Source of the DNA: Gammaproteobacteria bacterium
GTDB lineage: Bacteria; Pseudomonadota; Gammaproteobacteria; JBCCGL01
Reading direction: 5' to 3'
Assembly: GCA_965277715.1 (NCBI GenBank)
Contig: OZ255836.1
Span: forward strand, 800,001 to 864,000
Length of the DNA: 64,000 bases
The notes beneath the pieces are model-generated. The model ran no database searches, had not been told where the DNA came from, and saw only the letters and a list, made by a program, of their open reading frames with translations. The stretch's first letter is position 1. Every line of letters starts with the position of its first letter. The translations under genes were made by a program, and so were the position numbers. Positions 52,245-62,371 of this stretch are shown here, in pieces.

Positions 52245-54581
52245 CTAAAACATCGAAAGCTGAGCACTGGTGATTTTTGCAAAACTGGTGTCCAGGCAAT
52301 TCAACAAACTGTCGGCAGCCGGGGCAAGTTGCCGTTCAATATAATGATCATAATCGAACGCTGAGGTGATGTTGTCTGCCGGTTCGGGGCCATTGACGGT
52401 GATGAAATAGCGAATCCAGCGGTCTTTATGCCGTGATTTACGGGCGGCCTGAACGTGTGGCGGTACGTTTTTTGTGTAGGTATCGAGCGGTTTGCGCAGG
52501 CGTTTTCTATAGCTTAACTGTTGATCCAGCTCGCCTTTGTTAAGGCGTTCGACGGTTTCCAATATCAAATCGGTATACGCCTGATCATTGAATATGCGCT
52601 GGTAGAGCTCACGTTGAAAATTGCGCGCCAAAGGCGTCCAGTCTGAACGCACGCTCTCCATACCCTTAAATATCAATACCCTCTCGCCGTCTTTTTCTAT
52701 TATGCCTGCGTAACGCTTTTTGCTGCCCTTGGTATCACCACGGGTAGTGGGCATCAAAAACCGACTGAAATGGGTCTCGAATTCCAGCTCCAGGCAGGAT
52801 TCGATGGCATATTCCTCTACCAGATGAGTCTGCCACCATTGGTTGAGTGTGTGCAGCAGTTGCATACCAGTTTGTTGTGCCTGATCGTGGGAATACCTTG
52901 GCCCCAACAGTATGAATACCGAGTCGGTATCGCCATAAATAACCGAAAAGCCTGCGGCCTCGATGTGATCACGCGTGTTTTGAATAATCTCATGGCCACG
53001 ACGGGTGATGCTGGAGGCGAGTTTGTGGTGGTGAAACCGACAGCCGGAGGTACCCAAAACGCCGTAAAACGAATTCATAATGATTTTTATCGCCTGCGAT
53101 AACGGGGCGTCATTCTGTTGTTTGGCACTATCACGCGATGCCCACAAGGTTGTGATGAGCTCGGGAAGAATAGGGTTGTCACGGCTAAAGCTGGCACCGT
53201 GAAAACCGGGCACCTGGTTGTCATCGTCCAAAATCAAACCGAGTGGATCGATCAAAAAGCTGCGGATGATACTTGGGTATAGGCTTTTAAAGTCGAATAC
53301 CAGTACGTTTTCATAGAGTCCGGGTTTTGAATCCATTACAAAGCCACCGGGGCTGGCAATATCGCTCTCCACATCGTCGATATTTTTTGCGACAAAACCG
53401 CGACGGTGCAGCCTCGGCAGGTAAAGATTGTCGAAGGCCGCCACTGAACCGCCTATACGGCCCAGGGCCAGGCCCGTGAGCTGGCTGCGCTGTAGGGTAA
53501 AATTGATCAACCCGGTCTTGTCAAAAATATCCTCCACCAACTGGCAGTCCAGGATGTTATAGGCGAGCAATTGATCTGGGTCCTGGGCGTATAAGTGTTG
53601 TATCTCCGCCACCTTGTCGTGGTTTTCGTCGATTAATTTACCTCGGCCAAGCAGTTCCTGAGCAACAAACTCCAGCGAAAAGCGCTCGAATGTCCAAAAG
53701 GCGGCGCGCAGCATTTCGATACCATCGATCACCAGCCGACCAGGTATTGCGGCAATATACGTTTGGCTGGTGTGCCCTGGCAGTAAAATGGCCGCCCGTG
53801 CGTCACCGCGTGCAAAATCAAATGTTAATCGCAGCGCAGCGCAGCGCTTTTGAATATAGGCAAGATCAAAACCGATGACATTCCAGCCAATAATAATGTC
53901 GGGGTCGTGTTGCTGTAACCAGGCAAAAAATGCCTGCAGCATGGCGGCTTCGCTCTCCTGAATCGAGAGCAGGGTGTTATCGGTGTTTTTGGGTGGTGCG
54001 TGCCAGTCTGGGTGTCGTTGGATAAAGGCATAGGCCTGGCGCTGTTGCGCAACGTCATGCCAGCTACAGGCAATCGAGATAATGTTGCCATTGATGCCGT
54101 CTGTCTCTATATCCAGAGAAATAACGGATAGTGTGCTGGTTAATACACCGGGTTTCATGCGGGGGTTGATAAAGGTTGTGTGGCCGTTTTTTGCCACACC
54201 GGTGCCGGTGAACTCGACCGCGCAGGTAATAAATCGCTCCATCAGGTAGCGGTCGGGTGGCTTAATATCGGCTTCGTAGAGGGTAATGCCCTGTTGTTTG
54301 CATTGCTGGCGAAAGTTGAGCAGTGCGCGCTGTTGTTGGAAATATACCGCACAAACCGGTGCTTTCTCATCGAGTGTCAGAAGTTCGAGGGGGCTTACCT
54401 GAGCGGCGGCACGGGCCAGGTCGGCATCCTGCTGTTTGATAAAACACACAGCCTGTTGCTGATTGATAACTAATTTAGCGGGTCCATTGTGTGTGGCCAG
54501 CCAATACGTCAATTCTATACCGCGTGAGGTGTCATACCCATGACGTGTCAGGATAGTGCCGGAAATACTGTTGTCACCCAT
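52245..54581 (-). CDS. polB: DNA polymerase II (family B)
   Basis: SLDIET exonuclease, DFKSLYPS, KIIMNSFYG, YGDTDS, KKRYAG. Confidence 0.96.
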   Translation of the reverse strand: MGDNSISGTILTRHGYDTSRGIELTYWLATHNGPAKLVINQQQAVCFIKQQDADLARAAAQVSPLELLTLDEKAPVCAVYFQQQRALLNFRQQCKQQGITLYEADIKPPDRYLMERFITCAVEFTGTGVAKNGHTTFINPRMKPGVLTSTLSVISLDIETDGINGNIISIACSWHDVAQQRQAYAFIQRHPDWHAPPKNTDNTLLSIQESEAAMLQAFFAWLQQHDPDIIIGWNVIGFDLAYIQKRCAALRLTFDFARGDARAAILLPGHTSQTYIAAIPGRLVIDGIEMLRAAFWTFERFSLEFVAQELLGRGKLIDENHDKVAEIQHLYAQDPDQLLAYNILDCQLVEDIFDKTGLINFTLQRSQLTGLALGRIGGSVAAFDNLYLPRLHRRGFVAKNIDDVESDIASPGGFVMDSKPGLYENVLVFDFKSLYPSIIRSFLIDPLGLILDDDNQVPGFHGASFSRDNPILPELITTLWASRDSAKQQNDAPLSQAIKIIMNSFYGVLGTSGCRFHHHKLASSITRRGHEIIQNTRDHIEAAGFSVIYGDTDSVFILLGPRYSHDQAQQTGMQLLHTLNQWWQTHLVEEYAIESCLELEFETHFSRFLMPTTRGDTKGSKKRYAGIIEKDGERVLIFKGMESVRSDWTPLARNFQRELYQRIFNDQAYTDLILETVERLNKGELDQQLSYRKRLRKPLDTYTKNVPPHVQAARKSRHKDRWIRYFITVNGPEPADNITSAFDYDHYIERQLAPAADSLLNCLDTSFAKITSAQLSMF

Positions 54582-54662
54582 AAGCGGGCATTGTATCGCC
54601 AGTTGGCAGTACGGGCTGTGTTATTTGTGCCTATTGCGAGGCTTTAAAGATGAATTAAATGC

Positions 54663-54815
54663 TTATTCAGAGCTTACCTGAAATGAAGTGTAAACACTGA
54701 TGCTGCGCTTGTTGTCATTGATCTGTTCGACATAACCGTAAACGTAAACAGCCAGTAGCAACACCGTTACCAATAACATTGTTGGCGTATCTGACCATCG
54801 CTGTATATATATCAT
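54663..54815 (-). CDS. Putative 50-aa single-pass membrane protein
   Basis: GGGAGAG directly before ATG; hydrophobic MLLVTVLLLAVYVYGYV; below the ORF-track cutoff. Confidence 0.45.
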   Translation of the reverse strand: MIYIQRWSDTPTMLLVTVLLLAVYVYGYVEQINDNKRSISVYTSFQVSSE

Positions 54816-55108
54816 CTCTCCCGGGGTTTACCTGCGCTGACAGTTGTGTTATCTGCAATTTGGGTTTAAAAAACGGGCAATAGTTATTCCGTATTTGTGA
54901 CGAGTGCCCGAACCTGACAGGTGTTCAAGTACTATCGGTATATTCGGCTTAAAATGATGTGAAAAAATCACCTCGCTGGCTGTTTATTTTATCTGCGCAC
55001 TCCGTGTTTTGCGCTTGTGTGATAAAAAACCAACTGTTTTCAGTATTTGCGCTACTATCCAAACGGATTGTATTGAACGTAAATAAACGAATAATCTGAG
55101 AAAAGACA

Positions 55109-57529
55109 ATGACACTTTTAATCTGGATAGCAATTTTGTTCGGGGCCTTGTACGGCATTGCCAAAACCCGTGCCAGCTTTGTACTGTGCTGCGCCGTCAC
55201 CGCTGTCGCGCTGTTTATTTTGTGTGGCCTTGATTTTCTCGATGGGGCATACGCCTTCGTGGCCTGGAGCGTATTCCTGCTGATTGCCGTACCCCTGAAC
55301 AGCGTACAGATTCGGCAGCGTTTTATCAGTGCGCCCCTGTTGCAATACATCAAATCGGCATTGCCACCGATGTCAGAAACCGAGCGCACGGCCATCGAGG
55401 CGGGCACTGTCTGGTGGGAGGCCGAGTTGTTTCAGGGCAACCCCGATTGGCAAAAACTGCTGCAAATGCCCGCACCGCAGTTTAGCCCGGAGGAACAGGC
55501 GTTTATCGATGGGCCGGTCGAGACACTGTGCGCCATGCTCGATGACTGGCAAATCACCCACGAGTTCAAGGACTTGCCTGAGCCTGTTTGGCAGTTTATG
55601 AAGGATAATGGCTTTTTTGGGTTAATTATCGCCAAAGAATTTGGTGGGCACGGCTTCTCTGCGTTGGCGCACTCGCAAATTGTAATGAAAGTATCCAGCC
55701 GCAGTGTCTCGGCGGGGGTTACCGTAATGGTGCCCAACTCATTGGGGCCTGCCGAGCTGTTATACCACTACGGTACTGAGGAACAAAAGAACCACTACTT
55801 ACCCCGGCTCGCTGCCGGTAAAGAAATTCCCTGTTTTGCACTGACCGGGCCAAATGCAGGATCAGATGCGGGCGCCATCCCCGATTACGGCATTGTCTGC
55901 AAAGGCAGACACAAGGGCAAAACAGTACTGGGGTTAAACGTCAGTTGGGAAAAGCGCTATATCACATTAGGCCCGGTAGCGACATTGCTGGGGCTGGCTT
56001 TCAAAGCCTACGACCCAGACCACTTGCTCGGTGACAGCGAGGAGCTAGGCATTACCTGTGCGCTAATCCCGACAAAAACCAAAGGGGTGAAAATTGGCAA
56101 TCGACATTTTCCGCTTAACCAGGCTTTTATGAATGGCCCGAACAGCGGTGAAAATGTCTTTATCCCGATGGAATGGATCATCGGTGGGCAGGAAATGCTA
56201 GGGCAGGGGTGGCGAATGCTGATGGAATCACTCTCGACCGGGCGTGGTGTATCACTGCCATCCTCCGGCACCAGCTCTGGCAAATTTGCCAGCCGCGTCA
56301 CCGGTGCTTATGCCCGTGTGCGCAAACAGTTTAATCTGCCGATAGGAAAATTTGAGGGGGTCGAGGAAGCCTTGGCGCGCATTGCCGGGTTGACCTATAT
56401 GATGGATGCGGGGCGATTGCTCACCTGCGTCGCCCTCGACCAGGGTGAAAAGCCCTCAGTGGTATCGGCCATACTGAAATACCACAACACCGAACAAATG
56501 CGCCAGGTGATGAATGATGCGATGGATATTCACGGTGGCCGGGGAATTTGCATGGGGCCGAACAACTACCTTGCACGCGCCTATCAGGGAGTACCGGTCG
56601 GCATTACAGTGGAAGGGGCCAACATTCTCACGCGCAGCATGATTATTTTTGGCCAGGGTGCAATGCGCTGCCACCCCTATGTTGTGCGGGAGATTGAAGC
56701 GGCCTCAAATAAAGACAGCCACATTGGTTTGCCCGCATTTGACGAAGCCTTATTTCAACATCTCGGCTATACCGTGCGCAACGGTGCGCGCGCCCTGTTG
56801 TTTGGTTTAACCCGCAGCAACTTAGCCGATGCACCTGTAAACGGCGAGCACGCCAAATACTATAAACGCCTGGCCCGCATGAGCGCCGCTTATGCTTTTG
56901 TCGCTGATCTGGCCATGTTGTTTTTGGGCGGTGGGCTAAAGCGCAAAGAAAAACTCTCTGCCCGTTTTGCCGATGCGCTGACCTATATGTTTATGTGCTC
57001 GGCAGTGTTGAAGCGCTATGAAGACACAGGGCGGCCGACGGCTGACCGACCGCTGATGGAGTGGGGGGTTAAATACGCGCTCTACCAAATACAAAGTGCC
57101 CTCGACGAAATCCTGCGGAACTTCCCCAACCGTCTGGTTGGCCAGTGTTTGCGCGCTATTATTTTCCCTATGGGCCGACGCTTTCGCGCCCCCAACGATG
57201 CATTGGGGCAAAAAGTCGCAACATTATTACTGGCACCTTCTGACGCACGAGACCGATTGACCGATGGCATCTATCACAACAATAACCCCGATGATATTAC
57301 CGGCAAACTTGAACATGCCCTGCAATTGATTATTGAGGCAGATCCCATCGAAAAACGCTTGCGCGATCAAGGTGTAAACAAACCATTTAACTGTGATTAC
57401 CCGCGCTGGATTGCCGCGTTACTGGATGAAAAAAACATCACCCAACAAGAAGCCGATTGCCTGTTAAACAGCTACCAGGCCAGCCGTAATGCCATCATGG
57501 TGGATGACTTTGAGCCGGATAAACTGTGA
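55109..57529 (+). CDS. fadE: Acyl-CoA dehydrogenase FadE
   Basis: N-terminal TM, PNSLGPAELL, CFALTGPNAGSDA, TVEGANILTR. Confidence 0.95.
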   Translation: MTLLIWIAILFGALYGIAKTRASFVLCCAVTAVALFILCGLDFLDGAYAFVAWSVFLLIAVPLNSVQIRQRFISAPLLQYIKSALPPMSETERTAIEAGTVWWEAELFQGNPDWQKLLQMPAPQFSPEEQAFIDGPVETLCAMLDDWQITHEFKDLPEPVWQFMKDNGFFGLIIAKEFGGHGFSALAHSQIVMKVSSRSVSAGVTVMVPNSLGPAELLYHYGTEEQKNHYLPRLAAGKEIPCFALTGPNAGSDAGAIPDYGIVCKGRHKGKTVLGLNVSWEKRYITLGPVATLLGLAFKAYDPDHLLGDSEELGITCALIPTKTKGVKIGNRHFPLNQAFMNGPNSGENVFIPMEWIIGGQEMLGQGWRMLMESLSTGRGVSLPSSGTSSGKFASRVTGAYARVRKQFNLPIGKFEGVEEALARIAGLTYMMDAGRLLTCVALDQGEKPSVVSAILKYHNTEQMRQVMNDAMDIHGGRGICMGPNNYLARAYQGVPVGITVEGANILTRSMIIFGQGAMRCHPYVVREIEAASNKDSHIGLPAFDEALFQHLGYTVRNGARALLFGLTRSNLADAPVNGEHAKYYKRLARMSAAYAFVADLAMLFLGGGLKRKEKLSARFADALTYMFMCSAVLKRYEDTGRPTADRPLMEWGVKYALYQIQSALDEILRNFPNRLVGQCLRAIIFPMGRRFRAPNDALGQKVATLLLAPSDARDRLTDGIYHNNNPDDITGKLEHALQLIIEADPIEKRLRDQGVNKPFNCDYPRWIAALLDEKNITQQEADCLLNSYQASRNAIMVDDFEPDKL

Positions 57530-57904
57530 CCTTAAAACACTGCTTGGCACAGAACCTCGTATCAAGGCCTCTCAGAGGCTAAAACACGGATTTCTGGTTG
57601 ACTGATCGAACGGTATTATTGATGAATTCATAGCTGCCTCCAGGGGATGAGGCTTTTAATATCTGAACCCAACTGTCAAACGGATAGTACGTCTATATAT
57701 TGGTGCTTACGTTGAAGTTGACATACATGCTTTATTTTCCTATAAACGTGGGTAAGCTTTTCAAATCTTAGGTTTCCTGGTTTGCCAGGTAATATCAACT
57801 TATCAGGGCGAACTTGTTTGATTTTCCGGGTAGTATCCAATATTAGGGAAGATTGGTTTGGTGCTAATTGTTATGCATAATTTAAACAACAAAGGAGTTA
57901 ATTT

Positions 57905-58696
57905 ATGAAGAAAATAATAAATAAACTATTGCTAACTGCAGTGGTGTTAATGTCAGGATGTACATCTTTACCAAAGGAAACTGTCGAATTATCAGAAGTG
58001 ACAGGGTACCAAATTACAGCGTTACATGAATCACATATAGGGTTTATTGAGCTGTATTATGGGAAGTTACGCGAAGATATCAATGATTTCATTGATGAGA
58101 AATGGACGCCATTATTTCTGTCCAAAGCTATTAATAATTTAGCGTTTCGCGCTGATCTTGATGCTGCTTATTTGACAAGTAACATTAAAGCTAGTGACAT
58201 ATCTATTACATGGAGAGGCAAAGAAATAAAAGACCCGCAAAAAAGCATCGTTTTACAGGGGGTAGAAACAGCAGTAACAGACGAAAAAGCAAAGTTAGGT
58301 GATACGTTGCTGGAATGGTCAGAGGAGGCTCAATACCAAATAAACAAAAAACGGCATGAACTACTTAAACCAGTAAACGAACAGGAAAAAATGGTAATTA
58401 GTGAAATAAACGGGGCTTTTTTCGACTTGCAAAGGTCTCAGGCAGCAATCAAAGGTTACCTTGCATCGGCTGTTGATTTAAGAGAAAAAAGCAATGAGAT
58501 TCTACAAAAGCTTGGGGCTTTGGAAAGGGTTGGAAATGTTATGAATGCCATCACTGATGCAAATGAAAAGGTAAGCACTATTTTGGGTGCCAAAGATGGT
58601 GCCCAAAAAGCGCTGAAAGATTTTTTAATTCAAATAGAGGCATCGAGTGACAATATAATGAACGCGGCCAATAAAAAAATTGAAGGGGAGAAATAA
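57905..58696 (+). CDS. Hypothetical helical lipoprotein
   Basis: AAGGAG SD, lipobox MSGC, AT-rich, coiled-coil-like. Confidence 0.75.
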   Translation: MKKIINKLLLTAVVLMSGCTSLPKETVELSEVTGYQITALHESHIGFIELYYGKLREDINDFIDEKWTPLFLSKAINNLAFRADLDAAYLTSNIKASDISITWRGKEIKDPQKSIVLQGVETAVTDEKAKLGDTLLEWSEEAQYQINKKRHELLKPVNEQEKMVISEINGAFFDLQRSQAAIKGYLASAVDLREKSNEILQKLGALERVGNVMNAITDANEKVSTILGAKDGAQKALKDFLIQIEASSDNIMNAANKKIEGEK

Positions 58697-58697
58697 A

Positions 58698-58952
58698 ATG
58701 GGAAAATATGATCTAAGCAATGAAGCAGAAGAGACAGATTTGGAGCTTGGTAGTGCTATTGAAAAACTGGGGGCACTTACTGATTCAAAAATTGCTGAGT
58801 TATTGCCTAACAGGGTCGATCAGGATGAGCTTAGCAGGCTGATTAAAGCTGTAAATGAGGCGACTAGTGAAAACGGTAAAAAAACTATAATGGTAGAGCG
58901 CCTAGGAACAATCTCATCAGTTGTGAAAGATGTGGTGTTGAAATTAGTGTAG
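58698..58952 (+). CDS. Hypothetical 84-aa protein coupled to the lipoprotein gene
   Basis: GGGGAG SD; ATG 1 bp after the upstream stop. Confidence 0.7.
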   Translation: MGKYDLSNEAEETDLELGSAIEKLGALTDSKIAELLPNRVDQDELSRLIKAVNEATSENGKKTIMVERLGTISSVVKDVVLKLV

Positions 58953-59374
58953 AGCATAACAAGACCAATTGAGCTGGGCTTACCTTTCAGTAGCTGCGCT
59001 GCGCTTGTAGTTGAAAAAAAGCAGTTGCCTGTGCTTTTCTGATAACGATAGGTCGCCCAAATCTGTAGTGCATGTTCCTAATACACAAATGAATATCAAA
59101 GGTAAGGCTCTTACTCAAGCTGGTTACGGCGTTTTTCAAGCTAGTTATCGCCTAGAGTATAATTTATGCCGCCTTGTTCTTTCCTCGCACAGGGTTAAGG
59201 TGAACGCCTTTCACTTGATCAACCTATTCCTCTGAAAAACGCCTTATAAAAAGTGCATTACTCAGGCTGATGTGTTCGATGCTTAGCGCGCTTTTTACAC
59301 GCAGTTATCCAAAATAACACGTCAGGTATGGCGCTCTATCAGAGGCAACTAAAACCTCTCTTACTCGCATATTT

Positions 59375-61321
59375 GTGATTACTTACCGGACACCAATACT
59401 TATGCATTGTTCTTGGCTAACAACAAAACATTCTCGATACCTTCCAAATAATGTTTTGGATGAGTCTTTACATTATCGGGGTGGAAGCACGACATTGATT
59501 ACGCTCTATAATGAGCCTGGAGAGCAACTGGCACTGAGTTTACTCGCACTTACTAAATCGATTCAATGGTCGCAAGCAAAAAACGCAGCAACCCAGAATA
59601 ACGCTAAACAAATCTTGCCACACACAATATGTATTATCGCAGACGGTTACCACAACCTGAGTGACTCCGCAAAAGCAGTTTTTAAACACTTAGGGAAAGA
59701 CCTGGAACGGGATGAGCTATCCACTAGCGATATGCTAATTCACAATACTTCCATCAATACGGCAGAACTTATTCAATCATTGGAAGGTATCAATTTCCAT
59801 CAAACCAGCTTGCATAAGAATACCGCAGTCAAACTATTACTGTGTATTAAACGCGAAAATTCTGGCAAGTTAGACACTCATTGGTGGTATTACAGATTAC
59901 TGTGCCCAACAATAGAGCCACAATTTTGTTTTCATCTAGATACCGCAACAGAGCCATGCCTCGAATCTATTTACCACATGGAACAGTGTATGCTTGACAA
60001 TAGCGAGGTGGGAGCGGTCGCTAGCAGCGTATGTATAAAACCACTCGAAAATGTTATTGAGATACTGAATATATGGCAATACCGAAGCTTGCTAAACTCC
60101 GTGTATCTTGAGTGGCCGACAGATGAGCTTCTGTCGTATTTAAATGTTATTCCCGGCCAGTATGGTGTAATGCGCTGGGAGGCAATTGCTGATGATAAAG
60201 AGCGGGATGATGTGCAACGAGAAGGTTTACAGCCTCTTGATATATACTTTAAAGGGCTTGGAAAATTGCCGCCATTTGAATCTTCCCTTTACTTGGCTGA
60301 GGATCGTGTACTTTGTAAAGAGGTGATACTTCGGCCAAAGCACTCATGGAAGCTCAAACACGTTGACCACGCCATTGCTTATAGTGACGCTTGCGAGAAC
60401 TTACCTGAGTTGTTGCAACAACGTCGACGCTGGAATGTTGGCACACTAGCCTCTCGTGCAAGCTACCTTTTACGTTTACCCCAATGCCTAACATCAGATG
60501 AGCACTCCCGCCTATCTAAACTTAAGATGCTTTTTTTTGGTGCTATACAAGTTATTCGTCTTCTAATGGATTGGTTTTCACTACTGGTACCGCTAGCCTA
60601 TTACGATATTGCCAGCAGTGCCCTTGCTACAACAAAATCGGGTTCGCTAACATATTATTACAGCTTTGGCATTTCTGTTGTCACGGCGCTCATGCTGATT
60701 TGGCAGTTTTATATATCGCTAAGGGGTAAAACAGACGAGGTTGCAGAATACTCGCTATGGCTATCTATTGCCATTCAAGCGATATTTGCTTTGAGTATGT
60801 ATCCTCATTTGCTTACTAGCGACAAGGGCGGCATCGCCTTATTATTAATGTCATTCTCGCTACTTTGCGTTCCATTTATCTCTGCATACAAAAAGTTCGT
60901 GCCAACGTCTGCGATTTTTCGTGACAGTATTTTTTATTTTGTCTGTTCTCCCATTATCTCTTACCAGCTATGGATATTTGCTATTTGTAATACTCACCAG
61001 ACTAGTTGGGGCACCAAAGGATTACAGGCGCCAAACCGCTATGGGAACAAACACCGCCAAGCCGAATTTACAAGATTTCGCTGGTATATTCTTAGCTTAT
61101 GGATCATCTCAAGCAGTGGTATGACGGTGGCCCTATATAAGTCACTCACTGCAAACGAATATAACGGCGTTATTTTAGCCCTGGGCGTACAAGCGGCGAT
61201 AATACTGCTCGCCACTGTCGCCACGATGATACGAGCGACACTCTCGACAATGAGACAAGGGGTAAAAACAGCTCACAAGTACTTCATCCGAGCCCTGCGG
61301 ACAATTGGAATTACGGGGTAG
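59375..61321 (+). CDS. Chitin synthase (GT2, fungal class I-III-like)
   Basis: ITLYNE, IIADG, KRENSGKLDTHWW, VIPGQY, YLAEDRVLC, QRRRW, several TM helices, SWGTKG. Confidence 0.85.
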   Translation: MITYRTPILMHCSWLTTKHSRYLPNNVLDESLHYRGGSTTLITLYNEPGEQLALSLLALTKSIQWSQAKNAATQNNAKQILPHTICIIADGYHNLSDSAKAVFKHLGKDLERDELSTSDMLIHNTSINTAELIQSLEGINFHQTSLHKNTAVKLLLCIKRENSGKLDTHWWYYRLLCPTIEPQFCFHLDTATEPCLESIYHMEQCMLDNSEVGAVASSVCIKPLENVIEILNIWQYRSLLNSVYLEWPTDELLSYLNVIPGQYGVMRWEAIADDKERDDVQREGLQPLDIYFKGLGKLPPFESSLYLAEDRVLCKEVILRPKHSWKLKHVDHAIAYSDACENLPELLQQRRRWNVGTLASRASYLLRLPQCLTSDEHSRLSKLKMLFFGAIQVIRLLMDWFSLLVPLAYYDIASSALATTKSGSLTYYYSFGISVVTALMLIWQFYISLRGKTDEVAEYSLWLSIAIQAIFALSMYPHLLTSDKGGIALLLMSFSLLCVPFISAYKKFVPTSAIFRDSIFYFVCSPIISYQLWIFAICNTHQTSWGTKGLQAPNRYGNKHRQAEFTRFRWYILSLWIISSSGMTVALYKSLTANEYNGVILALGVQAAIILLATVATMIRATLSTMRQGVKTAHKYFIRALRTIGITG

Positions 61322-61534
61322 AAATTAATCTGTCGAACTCAAAACCTGATCTGACAGTTAATCACCGAAAACCCGGTAACTGTCTGAACTTCTACGCTTC
61401 AGGCCCCTTGATACGGATCTTGATCAATATATTCCCACATTTCATTCTGATGCAGCCACATCGGGTCAGTTACCCTGACAACTTAATCCCGCCTGCAAGT
61501 TTGAGGTGTATTGAGTCTCACCATCAAAATAGAG

Positions 61535-62371
61535 TCAACCGGGCTTTCTATCATCAACAATATCCATACCCGCCATCGCACTGACCCCTAATGAAATAGA
61601 CGCAAACGGGCCGCCGTGGTGGGTGTTTGCCAGGTCGTTCAAGTCCTGGGGCGGGGTTTCAGCGAGGATTTTATCGGCAAACTGTTCGGCATTGTCGTTG
61701 GGGCGAAATCCCAGAAAATGCACTTTGGCATTGTCGACCGGCGCCCTGTCGTTGTTTGATACGCCGTATATCACAGCGAAGCCGGTTGCCGGGGTTGAGA
61801 TGGCTCGCTCGACCAGTTGAATCAAATCCGGGTAGGAGAGCCAGGTGCCCAGGGCGCGGGCGCTGGTTACCTGTGCACACGAGAGGATGCGCAGGCACAC
61901 CGCTTCAACCTGGCGTTTGTCCCAGTAGAGCCTGGCGAGGTCTTCTGCGAAACATTTGGAAAGACCATAGAAGGTATCCGGTTTATGCTGGGCGTCAGTG
62001 CCAATAAAATCCATTTTTGAATGCATACCTACCGCGTGGATGGAGCTGGCGTAAACCACCCGGCGAACGCCTTGCCTGTAAGCCGCTTCCCAGATGTTGT
62101 AGGCACCAATGATGTTAGGGCCAAGGATGTTTTCAAAGGGTGCCTCGTCACCAATTGCACCAAAGTGCACAACCATATCGGCGCCTTCAAGTAAGGCGTG
62201 TATCGCATCGTAATTTTGCAAATCAGCCTGGACATACGACTCACCCGAGTAAAGTGTCTCCAGACCCTCGACCAGATCAGAGGATACCAAGGCATCCGCC
62301 AGCTTGGATAAAGGCTCGCGCAGGTAGGAGCCAAGGCGACCAGCCGCGCCGGTTAGTACGATTTTCTTCAT
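61535..62371 (-). CDS. NAD-dependent epimerase/dehydrogenase (uronate dehydrogenase-like)
   Basis: TGAAGRLG, YASSIHAVG, PDTFYGLSK. Confidence 0.8.
   Translation of the reverse strand: MKKIVLTGAAGRLGSYLREPLSKLADALVSSDLVEGLETLYSGESYVQADLQNYDAIHALLEGADMVVHFGAIGDEAPFENILGPNIIGAYNIWEAAYRQGVRRVVYASSIHAVGMHSKMDFIGTDAQHKPDTFYGLSKCFAEDLARLYWDKRQVEAVCLRILSCAQVTSARALGTWLSYPDLIQLVERAISTPATGFAVIYGVSNNDRAPVDNAKVHFLGFRPNDNAEQFADKILAETPPQDLNDLANTHHGGPFASISLGVSAMAGMDIVDDRKPG

Noticed and set aside
54801-54816. LexA box upstream of polB
   Set aside because: CTGTATATATATCATC lacks the closing CAG and lies ~220 bp from polB.
59011-59235. 74-aa ORF upstream of the chitin synthase
   Set aside because: TTG start, no clear SD and no recognisable motif.
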